A stretch of DNA of 56,220 nucleotides from Oligoflexales bacterium. GTDB taxonomy: Bacteria > Bdellovibrionota_B > Oligoflexia > Oligoflexales > Bog-1112. The position numbers and the translations under genes are program-made. The stretch is from positions 1-56,220 of the forward strand of contig JABSRF010000003.1 of NCBI GenBank assembly GCA_013215275.1. Direction: 5' to 3'. Numbering within the stretch: position 1 is the first letter of the stretch; the number at the start of each line of letters is the position of its first letter. The notes below the pieces were generated by a model. The model ran no database searches. It was not told where the DNA came from and was given only the letters and a program-made list of their open reading frames with translations. Positions 1-11,202 of this stretch are shown piece after piece.

Positions 1-133
1 GGCATCCGTTTCTACCAAAATATAGCGTTCTGATCACACATGAATAGTGGGTAGAATATTTATTTGGAGTTACCTTACTGGATATGCGAAGGGATTGATC
101 TTCAGCCTCTTCGCTACCTTCTAAGCTTTCCAT
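1..133 (-). CDS. possible 5' part of an unidentified CDS running off the window edge
   Basis: ATG at 133 lies 8 nt after the ruvB stop with an AGGT SD-like motif upstream. It opens 44 sense codons (MESLEGSEEAEDQSLR...) down to position 1. No family recognised. Confidence 0.25.
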   Translation of the reverse strand, partial: MESLEGSEEAEDQSLRISSKVTPNKYSTHYSCVIRTLYFGRNGC

Positions 134-141
134 CTTTTTAC

Positions 142-1194
142 CTAGTGAAAGGAAGCGAGGTGAGTGCGTCCAAGGTCAGTTAAGGACCGTCCTCTTGGTC
201 CACGGCTTAGAAAGCCTTGATACACTAAAAATGGCTCATACACATCCTCAATGGTCGCTCTTTCCTCACCAAGGGTGATCGCAATCGCTTCGATGCCTAC
301 AGGGCCACCTTTATATCGTTCTTGAATGATCGTCAAAATCTCTCGGTCTATGCGATCGAGGCCTCCAGAGTCAATATCAAGCCGTGAGAGAGCCTCTTGC
401 ACTGTCTCTAAGTCAATTTCATCAATATCCTTCACCTCTGCAAAGTCCCAAGCCCTTCGCAAGAGGCGGTTCGCTATTCTGGGGGTGCCTCGTGATCTTT
501 TAGCGATTTCCAAAGCCCCAGAATCACTAAGGATAATGCCTAACACACGGGTGCTTCGCTGCAAAATTTCTGTTAAGGAGGCAATGTCATAGAACATCAA
601 GCGCTCTTGGATGCCAAAACGACTCAGGAAAGGCCTAGAGAGGCTGGACAGCTTAGTGGTTGCTCCCACTAGAGTGAACGGTGCGATATCCATCTTCACT
701 GAACGAGCGGTCGGCCCCTGACCAACCACAATGTCGATGGCAAAGTCTTCCATAGCACCATACAAAACCTCTTCAACTTGAACCGTGAGCCGGTGAATCT
801 CATCAATAAAGAGCAATGAGCCTGCCTCTAGCCCAGCTAATATACCTGCCAAGTCCCCTGGCTTATCAATAGATGGACCGCTAGTGGTAAAAAAAGGGAC
901 TGCAAGCTCATTGGCAACAATATGGGCTAAGGTCGTTTTTCCAAGACCCGGAGGGCCATGAAGTAAGACATGGTCGAGAGGCTTGCCACGCTTTAAGGCT
1001 GCTTTCACAAAAATTTTAAGGTTTTCTTTCGCTGCTTGCTGCCCAGGATAATCAGCAAAGGTCTTTGGCCTGATCCCATGATTGTGGGGCGAAGCCATCT
1101 GGTTTAAACCCTCGTCCCCTATCCAATCATCATCAAGCGGACTTTCTGAAAGGATCCTTTCTACTTTAACAGACTCTCTGCTGACTTCGTTCAT
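142..1194 (-). CDS. ruvB: Holliday junction branch migration ATPase RuvB
   Basis: 350-aa ORF with Walker A GPPGLGKTTLA and Walker B LFIDEIHRL, in an AAA+ plus winged-helix C-terminal layout. It sits directly downstream of ruvA. Confidence 0.95.
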   Translation of the reverse strand: MNEVSRESVKVERILSESPLDDDWIGDEGLNQMASPHNHGIRPKTFADYPGQQAAKENLKIFVKAALKRGKPLDHVLLHGPPGLGKTTLAHIVANELAVPFFTTSGPSIDKPGDLAGILAGLEAGSLLFIDEIHRLTVQVEEVLYGAMEDFAIDIVVGQGPTARSVKMDIAPFTLVGATTKLSSLSRPFLSRFGIQERLMFYDIASLTEILQRSTRVLGIILSDSGALEIAKRSRGTPRIANRLLRRAWDFAEVKDIDEIDLETVQEALSRLDIDSGGLDRIDREILTIIQERYKGGPVGIEAIAITLGEERATIEDVYEPFLVYQGFLSRGPRGRSLTDLGRTHLASFH

Positions 1195-1209
1195 GTACTC
1201 ACCTTGACC

Positions 1210-1947
1210 CTAAAAAACTGTCTTTACATCAAAGGATTTTGCCTTATGCCTCGGACCCTGCGCTCCCTGTCGCTTTTTCTCTCCAGCTCCCCCAGCTATT
1301 AGCTTCAAGGCCATTTTCACGAGATTTGAAAAATCCTCTTCTTTGTGGTCTTTTTCCAAAACCTTAATCACTGGATTGATATCTTTATCCTTGAACCCTA
1401 AGTTTTCTAGGGCCGAATGAAGGTCATTCCTTAGGTATTCTTCCCAAGCAGAAACCTCCGTGTCATTCTTGCCGCTGTCTAGTCCCAAGCCGAGTTCAAG
1501 ATGACCGAGGCTTCCAGGCCTATGCGTCGTCTTATTTGGGAGCTTTTCCTTTTTAGCCTTTAATTCTAGGAGGATCTTTTCTGCAGTTCGCTTGCCAATT
1601 CCGGGAACTTGATAAAAAGCCCTCGCTTCATCTTGGTCAATGGCCATATGAAGGTCAGCAACATCTAAGGTGGATAAAATTGCCATCGCAACCTTAGGCC
1701 CTACTCCGCTAATCTGAATGAGGATTTCAAAACTTTGGCGTTCTTCCCAGCTGCTGAAACCATATAGATTGATCGCATCCTCTCTCACCTTGGTATAAAC
1801 CCAAAAACCTAAGAGGTCTTCACTTTGTGAAGGAAGCGACGCTAAGGTTGGAAGGGGAAGCGCTAGCTCGTAGCCTACCCCTTTGACATCTAAGATAATG
1901 CCACTTGGCATACGTTTTAGTACTTTGCCCATCAAATAAGAAATCAT
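1210..1947 (-). CDS. ruvA: Holliday junction DNA-binding protein RuvA, with a longer linker and a basic C-terminal tail
   Basis: 245 aa. It has an N-terminal OB region (GVGYEL), HhH motifs (ISGVGPKVAMAIL, VPGIGKRTAEKILLEL) and a C-terminal domain III. It is about 40 aa longer than typical RuvA. Confidence 0.9.
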   Translation of the reverse strand: MISYLMGKVLKRMPSGIILDVKGVGYELALPLPTLASLPSQSEDLLGFWVYTKVREDAINLYGFSSWEERQSFEILIQISGVGPKVAMAILSTLDVADLHMAIDQDEARAFYQVPGIGKRTAEKILLELKAKKEKLPNKTTHRPGSLGHLELGLGLDSGKNDTEVSAWEEYLRNDLHSALENLGFKDKDINPVIKVLEKDHKEEDFSNLVKMALKLIAGGAGEKKRQGAQGPRHKAKSFDVKTVF

Positions 1948-2041
1948 GAATGTTACCTTTTATGCTGCCTTTGATACGGCCCGGCTACTCGTTCAAGCCT
2001 TTACTCATAGGGCGGGCTTAGCCTTTCAATTTAGCATAGAG

Positions 2042-2581
2042 CTATCCTTCTTGAAGACGCTTTTCTAGCTTTTCGCAAAAGTCTTGTAAATTCTTCTTAA
2101 GCTCTTCCACCTGCTCATCCTGCTTTAGACGGTCAAGCATTCCCAACTCATTCTTAATCGTCTGCAGGTCATCTTCCGTGAGGGACCTTAAGGCAGCCGT
2201 CATATCATTGAAGTTACGCACTACAAATTTGAGATCATCATCATTCCGTAAACGCATCGTTCCATTAAAGCGTCCTAAGCTCACGACCCGCATTGACCTA
2301 ACGAGGCTATACATTGGGCCTGCAATGCGATGGGTCATCAGGATTCCCATCACGCCAATAATTGCAATGTTAATCACTGCTGCCAAGATCATCGCAAACA
2401 AGATGGGAATCGGTAAGAACTTTGGAATGCGTAGGATTTGAAACTGATATAAAGGATAGAGAATGACGACCGATGTGAGAAAGGTTGAAACCAAGCCGAT
2501 CACAACTGCTGACTTGGTATAACGCATCTGAAAATCGCGATTAACCAGAAATATTTTTTTATGACCTTTGCGGCTCGACAT
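2042..2581 (-). CDS. small membrane protein with two TM helices and a HAMP domain, with no output domain
   Basis: 179 aa. Two hydrophobic helices are followed by a HAMP-like segment (THRIAGPMYSLVRSMRVVSLGRFNGTMRLRNDDDLKFVVRNFNDMTAAL). A GGGAGGGG SD precedes the ATG. Confidence 0.7.
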   Translation of the reverse strand: MSSRKGHKKIFLVNRDFQMRYTKSAVVIGLVSTFLTSVVILYPLYQFQILRIPKFLPIPILFAMILAAVINIAIIGVMGILMTHRIAGPMYSLVRSMRVVSLGRFNGTMRLRNDDDLKFVVRNFNDMTAALRSLTEDDLQTIKNELGMLDRLKQDEQVEELKKNLQDFCEKLEKRLQEG

Positions 2582-2789
2582 CGACCCCTCCCACCTGGCC
2601 TAGAACGATAAAAGCAAGTGGCTCAAATGTTCCTGCAATATAAAAAATTATGCCTCTTTTACTATTTTGGCATGAGATGGCTAGTTAAATCCACCGTAGC
2701 TCAACAGGGAGGTCCTACGCTTTCCTTAAGAAAAGTTACTTAAGCTCTCCTTAAAGGGAAATTAAGCGATGGTCACCTAGCAAAGATTA

Positions 2790-2831
2790 TGGGAAAGGCA
2801 GCGGCGAGCATAGCCACCAAGGCTCGCTGCC
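2790..2831 (-). terminator. possible intrinsic terminator after metK
   Basis: Imperfect GC-rich hairpin GGCAGCGGCGAGC...GCTCGCTGCC (2797-2831). On the minus strand it is followed only by TTTCCCATAATCTTTG, a weak T tract. Confidence 0.35.
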
Positions 2832-2858
2832 TCTAGGCAAATGGATGATTGGAGAGTA

Positions 2859-4007
2859 TTAGCGCTTAAGCTCAGAAACTTTATCGGTGCGCTCCCAAGG
2901 GAATTCACTGCGACCGAAGTGGCCATAAGCAGCTGTCTTACGGTAAATTGGCTGTAGAAGATGCAGGCTGTCGATAATCTGCCTTGGCTTCAAGCCAAAA
3001 TGCTCTTTTACCAATTCTGCAATTTTTTCATTGCCTAGGCTAGATGTCCCGTATGTTTCTACAAAGACACTGACTGGATCCGCAACACCGATCGCGTAGG
3101 CCAATTGGACCAAACATTTCTTAGCGAGGCCAGCTGCCACAATGTTTTTGGCAATATAGCGTCCCATATAGGCTGCAGATCGATCCACCTTAGAAGGGTC
3201 CTTACCAGAGAAAGCACCCCCACCATGAGCTCCATGACCACCGTAGGTATCTACAATTATCTTTCGACCAGTAAGACCACAGTCTCCCTGAGGCCCACCA
3301 ATCACAAAACGGCCCGTTGGGTTAATGTGGTACTTGGTATCCTTGAGTAAGTTTTCTGGAATTGTGCGCTTAACACACTCCTCGATGACATACTCCTTAA
3401 TCTCACCATGAGAAACCTCAGGGGCATGCTGGGTTGAAATGACGACCGCATCCACTCGACTCAACTCACCATTTTTATACTCAGCTGTTACCTGGCTCTT
3501 GCTGTCAGGTCTTAGCCATTTGACTTTTTCTTCCTTACGCAGGGCTGCTAAGTTTTCCAGCAAACGATGGGAGTAGTTAATGGTTGCTGGCATGTACTCA
3601 GAGGTCTCATCACAGGCATAGCCAAACATCATTCCTTGGTCGCCGGCACCTTGCTCTGAATGTAAGCCCTCTCCTTCGTTAACACCAACGGCAATATCTG
3701 CTGACTGTTGGTCTACAGCAGTAATGATGCCACAGCTTTTAGCATCAAATCCTAGCGAACCATCGGTGTAGCCAATCTCGGTAATGACGTCTCTGGCAAC
3801 TTGAGAAAAATCCACAAGGGCCTTAGAGCTGATTTCACCAGCAATGACGACCAAGCCAGTTTTTACCAAGGTTTCGCAGGCTACTCGCGACATCTTGTCT
3901 TGAGCCAAAAGAGCATCAAGAATTCCATCACTAATCTGGTCAGCTACCTTGTCTGGATGCCCTTCGCTGACCGACTCTGAGGTAAATAAATAGTTTTCAT
4001 TACTCAT
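2859..4007 (-). CDS. metK: S-adenosylmethionine synthase
   Basis: 382 aa with the hallmark motifs [25 protein letters not shown] and [19 protein letters not shown]. Its start overlaps the truB stop by 4 nt. Confidence 0.97.
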   Translation of the reverse strand: MSNENYLFTSESVSEGHPDKVADQISDGILDALLAQDKMSRVACETLVKTGLVVIAGEISSKALVDFSQVARDVITEIGYTDGSLGFDAKSCGIITAVDQQSADIAVGVNEGEGLHSEQGAGDQGMMFGYACDETSEYMPATINYSHRLLENLAALRKEEKVKWLRPDSKSQVTAEYKNGELSRVDAVVISTQHAPEVSHGEIKEYVIEECVKRTIPENLLKDTKYHINPTGRFVIGGPQGDCGLTGRKIIVDTYGGHGAHGGGAFSGKDPSKVDRSAAYMGRYIAKNIVAAGLAKKCLVQLAYAIGVADPVSVFVETYGTSSLGNEKIAELVKEHFGLKPRQIIDSLHLLQPIYRKTAAYGHFGRSEFPWERTDKVSELKR

Positions 4008-4984
4008 AACAAACTCCTTTTCATCTCGACCTGCAATCCATCCGGTTTTAGATGACCCAAACCGAGCCCAAAAGCACGGCCATGCTTATCCAGCAAGAGT
4101 AACTTCTCTTGCGTACGGTTACCAATTAACTCGCCAAGTTTAGAGCCACGCACAGCAGCGAGACCGTCCTCCAACCAAATCTTTTGGCCGGATTTTAATC
4201 TAGCTATAGAGCGAGAATCCTCAATAGGCAAAGAGTCCAAACCCAAATCCAAGCTTTCCATTGGAATGAGTAAAGGTTCTCGTAACTTTCCACTTTTCTC
4301 AAGGAAATTTTCAATTTCCTCCAGAGTAAATGCATGCTCTCGATCAACCCCTGAAGACTCGCTACGGCACAAACGTGTGATCGTCCCGCAAGTTCCCAGC
4401 TTTTCCGCTAGTGTTTTTGCTGCTACGCGGACATAAGTTCCCTTAGAACACCGTAAGCGAAAAGTAACAATCTGCCCCGAAAATTCAAGAATTTTAAACT
4501 CATAGATTTCTACCGAGCGTGCGAGGGCATCCAAATCTATTTCGTCAGCCCTCCCATTTCTGGCATAGAAATATAGTGGCTTTCCCTTGAATTTTACGGC
4601 CGAATATATGGGGGGTGTTTGTTGCTGCTTCCCAACGAGGGTTTGGCTAGCTTCTTCCAAAGCCTGCCTAGTGACGTGAGAGAATGGCATTTCTTTAACC
4701 ACCTCTCCATCGAGGTCAAGAGAGTCTGTTTCGCTACCTAAGCGCAAATCACATTCATAGGTTTTCGGAAGGTCTAATAGCTGATCTTGAAGCCTTGTGG
4801 CTTTTCCAAGCAAGATTGGTAAAACTCCCTCCGCAGCAGGATCTAATGTGCCTGCATGCCCCATCTTCACTTTAGAACCAATTCTTTTACTGAGCCAGCG
4901 GGACACATCCTTTGAGATCATGCCAACTGGTTTATCTACGACAAGGACCCCGCAAGGCCCCTGTGAGTGAGGAGGCTTTTCCAC
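4004..4984 (-). CDS. truB: tRNA pseudouridine(55) synthase TruB
   Basis: 326 aa with [13 protein letters not shown] and the catalytic motif [23 protein letters not shown]. It follows rbfA as in the canonical operon. Confidence 0.9.
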   Translation of the reverse strand: MEKPPHSQGPCGVLVVDKPVGMISKDVSRWLSKRIGSKVKMGHAGTLDPAAEGVLPILLGKATRLQDQLLDLPKTYECDLRLGSETDSLDLDGEVVKEMPFSHVTRQALEEASQTLVGKQQQTPPIYSAVKFKGKPLYFYARNGRADEIDLDALARSVEIYEFKILEFSGQIVTFRLRCSKGTYVRVAAKTLAEKLGTCGTITRLCRSESSGVDREHAFTLEEIENFLEKSGKLREPLLIPMESLDLGLDSLPIEDSRSIARLKSGQKIWLEDGLAAVRGSKLGELIGNRTQEKLLLLDKHGRAFGLGLGHLKPDGLQVEMKRSLL

Positions 4985-5013
4985 ACATCTATCCTTTAAA
5001 CTTTGTAAGGGAT

Positions 5014-5352
5014 TTAGTTTTTGATTTGATCAAGAAGGGCTTCTATCCGCGAACCATGCTCGACACTTTCATCGTAGAAGAAGCGTAACTCAGGCACACG
5101 CCTAAGCTTCAGATTCTGAGCAAGGTGTTTCCTCAAAAAGCTTTTACTACGCTCAAGGCCAGTCTTAGCTTGGTCCTTGTGCTCTTGGTTGTATAAGCGA
5201 AAATAAACAGTAGCCAATTGCAAGTCTGCACTAACCTTGACGTGAGTGATGGTCACTCCTTCAAGCCGTGGATCACGCATTTGGTTACCCAAAAAACAAC
5301 CTGCTAATAAATCTCTGATTTCGTCTGCTAAACGTTCCTGTCTTAATCCCAT
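5014..5352 (-). CDS. rbfA: ribosome-binding factor A
   Basis: 112 aa from the ATG at 5352 (MGLRQERLADEIRDLL...DPRL...VTITHVKVSADLQLATVYF), which aligns with RbfA N-termini. The longer ORF to 5412 would overlap infB by 41 nt. Confidence 0.85.
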   Translation of the reverse strand: MGLRQERLADEIRDLLAGCFLGNQMRDPRLEGVTITHVKVSADLQLATVYFRLYNQEHKDQAKTGLERSKSFLRKHLAQNLKLRRVPELRFFYDESVEHGSRIEALLDQIKN

Positions 5353-5371
5353 GTCGAATCCATCATTTCTT

Positions 5372-8300
5372 TCAAATTTCTTTAAAGTCCAGGGTCGCAG
5401 CAGATTCTTCAATCATATAAGCTTCAATCACATCGCCCACTTTAATGTCAGTATACCCATCAATTGAGATACCGCATTCATACCCATTCTGTACTTCTTT
5501 AACATCATCTTTAAAGCGTCTCAGCGACCCTACTTTGCCGCTGTAAATCACTATTTCATCACGGATCAGCCTCAAGAAGGAATTACGAGTGATTTTTCCA
5601 TCTGTCACTGAGGAGCCCGCAATGGTACCAATTTTTGGAACATTGATAGCGTTTCTCACCTCTGCATGGCCTTGGATCACCTCGGTCTCTATTGGAGGCA
5701 GTACCCCAGCCATCAGGCTCTTAACAGCATCCACAAGATCGTAAATGATGCTAAAGTACTTAATCACAATACCGCGCTTCTCAGCCATATCTGCACAGGC
5801 GTTAGGAGCCCTGACATTAAACGCTAGGACCACGCCCTGGCTCGTCTCAGCAAGGTTGAGGTCACTTTCGTTGACTCCACCAACAGCCTTATGAACGACC
5901 ATATTCTTGACTTTATCGGTGTTCAATTTATCAAGGGCTGAGATAATCGCTTCAACACTACCCTGGGTATCTGCTTTGATAACAAAGTTAACGACCGGTA
6001 TTTCTTCGGAGTTTACCTTACCAAGTAACTGATCCAGAGTTGCTGCTGCAGAGCTACCTTGCCTCTCTTCATCTTCTTTAGCCCGACGAAGATCAGCAAC
6101 CTCGCGACCAAGCTTCTCATCAGTCACAGCATTAACCTGGTCACCTGACATTGGAACTTCCGTGAGGCCAATGATTTCTACCGGGGTAGAAGGATAGGCC
6201 TCCGACAAGCTCTGCCCAAGGTGATCGGTCATAGCTCTGACCTTACCCGTTACCTTACCAGCAACGATAAAGTCTCCCGTTTTCAGGATACCTCTGGTCA
6301 CCATGATCGTTGCAACAGGACCACGCCCTTTATCAAGGTGAGCCTCGACAATGGCTCCCTCTGCTCGGCAGTCAACGGGTGCCTTAAGCTCCAACATTTC
6401 AGATTGTAGTTGAATCGCTTCTAGCAATTCATCAATCCCCTCACCTTTGAGCGCGGAGACCTTAACAAACTGTATCTCACCACCCCATTCTTCCGCTTGA
6501 ACACCATGCTCACTCAGCTCAGTGTATAGACGGTCAAGGTTTAGGTTTGGCTTATCAATCTTATTGACCGCGACAATGATCGGAACCCCTGCATTTTTTG
6601 CATGTGAAATGGCTTCGATCGTCTGCGGCATCACCCCATCGTCTGCAGCTACAACGAGTACGACGATGTCGGTAATCTGAGCACCCCGAGCACGCATAGC
6701 TGAGAATGCAGCATGGCCAGGGGTATCCAGGAATGTAAACTTAAAGTTATCGCGATTGACGGTGTAGGCACCGATGTGCTGGGTAATTCCGCCAGATTCA
6801 CCACCAGCGACATTTGACTTGCGGATGACATCGAGAATCGATGTTTTACCATGGTCAACATGCCCCATAACCGTAATGATCGGTGCTCTGCCAACAACTT
6901 GGCTACCGTTGTTCTCGGCACTAAGCACATCTTCGACGGTTTTTTCGACATTCTTGCACTCGTAGCCATACTCTGTCGCAATCAAAGTTGCTGTGTCGAA
7001 ATCAATATTCTGGTTCACCGTCGCCATAACACCCTGGCCCATCAATTTTTTGATGAGTTCGGAGGCTTTAACGCTAAGCTGCTTAGCCAAGTCTCCAACG
7101 GTAATCTGTGCCCCATCTATCTTCACAACCCTATAGGCTGCCCTAGGAGTTGTAATCTGAGTGGTTTTAAGATCCTTCCTTCGTTTAGCATCCTTTTTTC
7201 TTTGCTGAGTCGAAGGAGTATAAATGGTGCGACGCTTTCTATTCGCACTGGCATATGGCTCAGCATCAAGGCTTGAAGAATCGTCGAGCAAATCACGCAT
7301 TGAAATCCTGCGCTTACTGCTAGGGATCGATTTATTCACCTTCTCGTCTTCTTCTTTACGAGTTTGGTGACGTTCTTTGCCCTTTTCTTTTGACCATTTA
7401 TAGCCACTGCCTCCTAAGCCGTCGTCAGATGACTCTTCAAAGCCACCACGGGCATCGGCCGAAGGTCCTTTTGCCTCTTTCTTCTCGGCTCCGCGCCCTT
7501 CATTTTGGCCCATTCGTGGACTAACCCCGATGCCAGTTACACGAACCCCACGGCTGTCTTCTCGCCTAGAAGTTCTCTGCCTTGCTTCTTCGGTGGCCTT
7601 GGTGGCTTCTGTTTCTTCAACAGTGGCCTTGCGTACAATGGTTGCACCAGAAAAGCTCTTTTTCTTGGTAGCACTGCGCGCTTTGACTTCTTTCTCTTTA
7701 TCCTTTTCTCGGTCTTTTTCCTTCTGGCGATCGCGCTCTTTAGGCTTGGCTGCTGCACTGGCACTTAGGTCAACTTTTTTAGCCATTTGGGTTGCTTGGC
7801 CAATCGGGGGCATCTTTCTATCTTTGTTTATGCCTAAGGCTATTCCACCTTTCACGTCTTTATTTGCTTCCTTTAAGTCTTTCCCTGTAGTGCTTGCTTC
7901 CGTTTGAGCAGGAGCTGCTGAAGGGGGGGGTGTAGCAGGTTTAGCCGCAGCATCATTAGCGAGGGCACCCTGCTTTTCCTCAGAAGGTTGAGGTGTAACT
8001 TCGCTGCCAGCTTTCATGCTTTCCAGCGAATCTTCTTTTTGATCTTTTGCTACACCTGCTTCAACCTTATCCGAAGCTTTAACCTCTTCCGTCATCTCAG
8101 GGGAAGCAGCTTTTTCAGTAGGTTTCGGAGCATCAGCAGCAAGCTTGCTTGCTTCAGACTTGGGTTTTTCTAGGGAGGCAGCCTCTGCAGCTCCCCCATC
8201 ATCCAATCCTTTAGCAGCAGTTGGCGTTTCTATTTTCTGCTCGGCCGTAACAGTTCCTTTGGGCTTAACTGTAGCAGCCTCGTCAGTGACCGGAGAAGCT

Positions 8301-8719
8301 GTCGATTTAGGGTCGGCAGCTTGTACGGCTGTTTTCGCTTCTTCGTTTTTGGGTTCGGATTCCAATTTTGGGGAAGGTTTTGATGCAGCTTCTGGCTGAG
8401 CTTGCACCTTTTCAACCTTATCTGAAAGCTCTGGGCTTTGTGGTTTTTCAACCTGCGCAGCTGCTAGCTCTGCGGTTTGGCCAGATGCGGCTGTATCCTC
8501 ACTAGGAGCCTTAGCATCAGTAGCAGCTTTACGACGCCTTCTTACAACGACCTTGGGTTTGCTAGTTTCCATGCTGGCTCTAATTTTTTCAATTTGCGCT
8601 GCCGTCAAGGTGCTTTGATGACTTGGAACCTGAATTCCCAAGTCCTTCATTTTGGCTAAAAGCGCTTTACTTTCCATTTTCAGTTCGCGAGCAAGCTCAT
8701 AAACGCGAATCTTTGCCAT
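5372..8719 (-). CDS. infB: translation initiation factor IF-2 with a roughly 500-aa low-complexity N-terminal region
   Basis: 1115 aa. The N-terminus is [21 protein letters not shown], the G domain carries [20 protein letters not shown] and NKIDK, and the C-terminal domains are conserved. The N-terminal half is rich in K, E, A and P. Confidence 0.96.
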   Translation of the reverse strand: MAKIRVYELARELKMESKALLAKMKDLGIQVPSHQSTLTAAQIEKIRASMETSKPKVVVRRRRKAATDAKAPSEDTAASGQTAELAAAQVEKPQSPELSDKVEKVQAQPEAASKPSPKLESEPKNEEAKTAVQAADPKSTASPVTDEAATVKPKGTVTAEQKIETPTAAKGLDDGGAAEAASLEKPKSEASKLAADAPKPTEKAASPEMTEEVKASDKVEAGVAKDQKEDSLESMKAGSEVTPQPSEEKQGALANDAAAKPATPPPSAAPAQTEASTTGKDLKEANKDVKGGIALGINKDRKMPPIGQATQMAKKVDLSASAAAKPKERDRQKEKDREKDKEKEVKARSATKKKSFSGATIVRKATVEETEATKATEEARQRTSRREDSRGVRVTGIGVSPRMGQNEGRGAEKKEAKGPSADARGGFEESSDDGLGGSGYKWSKEKGKERHQTRKEEDEKVNKSIPSSKRRISMRDLLDDSSSLDAEPYASANRKRRTIYTPSTQQRKKDAKRRKDLKTTQITTPRAAYRVVKIDGAQITVGDLAKQLSVKASELIKKLMGQGVMATVNQNIDFDTATLIATEYGYECKNVEKTVEDVLSAENNGSQVVGRAPIITVMGHVDHGKTSILDVIRKSNVAGGESGGITQHIGAYTVNRDNFKFTFLDTPGHAAFSAMRARGAQITDIVVLVVAADDGVMPQTIEAISHAKNAGVPIIVAVNKIDKPNLNLDRLYTELSEHGVQAEEWGGEIQFVKVSALKGEGIDELLEAIQLQSEMLELKAPVDCRAEGAIVEAHLDKGRGPVATIMVTRGILKTGDFIVAGKVTGKVRAMTDHLGQSLSEAYPSTPVEIIGLTEVPMSGDQVNAVTDEKLGREVADLRRAKEDEERQGSSAAATLDQLLGKVNSEEIPVVNFVIKADTQGSVEAIISALDKLNTDKVKNMVVHKAVGGVNESDLNLAETSQGVVLAFNVRAPNACADMAEKRGIVIKYFSIIYDLVDAVKSLMAGVLPPIETEVIQGHAEVRNAINVPKIGTIAGSSVTDGKITRNSFLRLIRDEIVIYSGKVGSLRRFKDDVKEVQNGYECGISIDGYTDIKVGDVIEAYMIEESAATLDFKEI

Positions 8720-8803
8720 TCAAAACCCTCTTTATACGTTGGAAAGGCGTAAGCCCCGTACCCCTAGAATTGGGGGTAGGTTATCCAAAAACTACATTTT
8801 CAT

Positions 8804-10405
8804 TCAAGTTTTATCTTCAGCAACTAACTGCTCTTGCAAATAGCGATCAGCGGCGATTTGCACCGTCCTTGCGATACCAAGGGATAAATCGGCTTTTTGA
8901 GCAACTTCGTCAGCAGAGTCAGCGATGATATCACCGATGGTTCCGTATCCAGCATCAGCAAGGGCATGAGCTGTCGCTTCACCTACTCCCTTAAGCTTCA
9001 TAAATACTTCAATCCGATCTTTTCTAATATCGTCTTCAACCTTATTGATGGTTTCTTCTGGTATCGGAGCAGCGGCTGCATCCTCAGCGCTGTATTCATC
9101 TGTATCCTGAATTACGCCAGTTTCAAGTTCTTTAGCCTTTTCAGCTGCAGCCTGCAATACTTTTTCCGCATCGGACTCATCAAGGTTTAATAGACGTCCT
9201 AGAGCACGTGGGCTAACTTCAGCGAGTTCAGCAAGCGTTTTGATTCCTTCGTGGACCAAGATACCAGCGTGCATATCTCCAAGCCCCTCCACAGAAGCAA
9301 GCACAGACTTAACTCCTGCAAGTTGCTCTTCAAGTTTCGCCTCACTCTTAATATCCAGACGCCAGCCAGTCAACTGAGCTGCAAGCCTAACATTTTGTCC
9401 ACGCTTACCAATGGCTAATGAAAGCTGATCTTCAGCTACGATCACCTCCATTGCATGGCGCTCTTCATCTACGATGACTTTGCTCACTACAGCGGGAGCT
9501 AAAGCGTTACAAACGAGCTTAGCTGGATCCTTGTCCCATGGGACAATGTCGATTTTTTCGCCATTCATCTCTTGAACTACCGCTTGAACCCTAGCGCCCT
9601 TCATACCGACACAAGCTCCAACTGGGTCGACTGAGCTGTCTCGGGAGTAAACTGCGATTTTTGATCGAAGCCCAGCATCTCTGGCTGCAGACTCAATACT
9701 AACGATGCCATCATAAATTTCTGTGACATGCTGCTCAAAAAGCCTGATAAGGAATCCTGGATGCGCCCTTGACATGACAACCTGAGGGCCACGCGAAGAT
9801 CTCTTAATCTCGACAACATAACCCTGGATTCTGTCTTTTGGCCTAAAGCGCTCGCCTTGCATTTGTTCTCTAACAGGAACCACAGCCTCTACGCGACCTA
9901 GGTCGACAATAATATCATTACGCTCAAGTCGTCTAACATGACCGCTTAAAATCTCTCCGACTCGTTCCTTGAACTCTTCAAAGACCTGAGCTCTTTCAGC
10001 GTCACGCACTTTCTGAACGATAATCTGCTTAGCAGACTGAGCAGCTATTCTCCCGAACCGAGCCGTATTAATCTTAATACCTAAGGCATCACCTATTTCA
10101 GTATCAGGATCTAACTTTTTTGCATCTGTCAGTTCGATCTCTGTTTCATTGCCATTCCCATCTTCTTCTGCAGTGGAGTCATCAGCAACGACGTTCCTAA
10201 ACTGAAACAGCTCGATTTCATCCATTTCTTCATTGTAGGTGGCTTCTAAATCGGCATTAGTCCCGAAGTCCCTCCTAGCTGCATGAAGAATTGCTTGTTC
10301 GAGTGCATCGATAATGACTGCCTTATCAAGGTTTTTATCCTTGCTAACAACAGAAATGACGTCACTTAATTTGCTTCCTTCCCCGGTTCCTTCCAAAAAG
10401 GACAT
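8804..10405 (-). CDS. nusA: transcription termination/antitermination factor NusA
   Basis: 533 aa. S1 and two KH regions are present (IGKRGQNVRLAAQLTGWRLDI), followed by C-terminal HhH acidic repeats. It sits between rimP and infB. Confidence 0.95.
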   Translation of the reverse strand: MSFLEGTGEGSKLSDVISVVSKDKNLDKAVIIDALEQAILHAARRDFGTNADLEATYNEEMDEIELFQFRNVVADDSTAEEDGNGNETEIELTDAKKLDPDTEIGDALGIKINTARFGRIAAQSAKQIIVQKVRDAERAQVFEEFKERVGEILSGHVRRLERNDIIVDLGRVEAVVPVREQMQGERFRPKDRIQGYVVEIKRSSRGPQVVMSRAHPGFLIRLFEQHVTEIYDGIVSIESAARDAGLRSKIAVYSRDSSVDPVGACVGMKGARVQAVVQEMNGEKIDIVPWDKDPAKLVCNALAPAVVSKVIVDEERHAMEVIVAEDQLSLAIGKRGQNVRLAAQLTGWRLDIKSEAKLEEQLAGVKSVLASVEGLGDMHAGILVHEGIKTLAELAEVSPRALGRLLNLDESDAEKVLQAAAEKAKELETGVIQDTDEYSAEDAAAAPIPEETINKVEDDIRKDRIEVFMKLKGVGEATAHALADAGYGTIGDIIADSADEVAQKADLSLGIARTVQIAADRYLQEQLVAEDKT

Positions 10406-10473
10406 GGGCTATTCCTCTTATATTTAGTGATTATGACAATGAATTTAGGATCCCTTCGCACTCGTAACGAATA

Positions 10474-10932
10474 CTAAGAATCCCAATTAAACACAATATT
10501 TGCTTTGTGGATCAACGATAGGGGAATTGAGTACTCTTCCTGCTCACACTCTAAGAGCAGCTCCTCATCGTGGACCCTGGTAAGAGTTCCCTGAAGTTTG
10601 CGCTTTCCATTTAGTGCTTGTGCTAGATGGACCGAGACTTCTTTCCCAATTGATTCCTCAAAATAGATAGGACGTCTAAGTGGTCGTTCAACCCCAGGGG
10701 AGCTCACTTCTAAATTATAGCCCCCTGCCTCCATGCCTTCAATACAGCTCACATCCTTTAAGAGGCTGTTAGCCTTGACACAGGCTTCCATATCAACTCC
10801 AGAAGGGTTGTCTACATACAAACGCAAGAGTTGATCGTGCTCGTTCCACTCAGCTTCAATGCACTCAAAACCTTCAGGGTCTAAATAACCCTGAGCTACA
10901 TCCATGATTTTATTAAGTTCTTCTCGTCTCAA
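10474..10932 (-). CDS. rimP: ribosome maturation factor RimP
   Basis: 152 aa (LEVSSPGVERPLRR motif). The start is TTG, preceded by an AGGTGGA SD. It is first in the rimP-nusA-infB order. Confidence 0.88.
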   Translation of the reverse strand: MRREELNKIMDVAQGYLDPEGFECIEAEWNEHDQLLRLYVDNPSGVDMEACVKANSLLKDVSCIEGMEAGGYNLEVSSPGVERPLRRPIYFEESIGKEVSVHLAQALNGKRKLQGTLTRVHDEELLLECEQEEYSIPLSLIHKANIVFNWDS

Positions 10933-10947
10933 TAAAAATCCACCTAA

Positions 10948-10990
10948 TAAAAAAGCCTGGGAACATCTCCTCTTTGAGGTGACGCCAGGC
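10948..10990 (-). promoter_or_regulatory. terminator-like leader hairpin with a T tract abutting the rimP RBS (candidate attenuator)
   Basis: Minus strand reads GCCTGGCGTCACCTCAAAGAGGAGATGTTCCCAGGC followed by TTTTTTATT, then AGGTGGA-N7-TTG (rimP). The stem is GC-rich at 10955-10990 and the T run covers 10948-10954. Confidence 0.5.
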
Positions 10991-11173
10991 CTTTAAGACC
11001 AAATCAATTTCCAGTAAAATCTATGGAATTGATCCCAAATAAATACTAGCAGAAAAACGACCAAACTAGCGTCAGCTATTTCAGCCGTCGATACAGTTTT
11101 TTAATCCTGCTTCCTAACAGCTATGCTTTACCATAAGTACAGCCTAGAATGCAATCTATAACTAAAAAACTTT

Positions 11174-11202
11174 TATTTAACTAGCATCATAGCATATTTC
11201 AA
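11174..11202 (-). promoter_or_regulatory. candidate sigma70-type promoter for the rimP-nusA-infB operon
   Basis: Minus strand reads TTGAAA-17 nt-TAAATA. An overlapping extended -10 (TGCTATGAT) is also present. The site lies about 240 nt upstream of rimP. Confidence 0.4.

Noticed and set aside
2582-2858. A SAM riboswitch or other ncRNA near metK.
   Set aside because: The region is downstream of metK. The metK 5' end overlaps truB, so there is no leader. I recognised no SAM-I/II core or tRNA, SRP or 6S signatures.
5353-5412. A longer rbfA start at 5412, adding 20 aa ([20 protein letters not shown]).
   Set aside because: It would overlap the infB 3' end by 41 nt. The extension has no counterpart in RbfA proteins, and the ATG at 5352 aligns with RbfA N-termini.
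6221-8659. Many ORFs of 60-140 aa on both strands inside infB (for example 6851-7276 and 7530-7907).
   Set aside because: They are antisense or off-frame ORFs within a confidently identified gene. Their low-complexity translations are typical of codon-bias artefacts.
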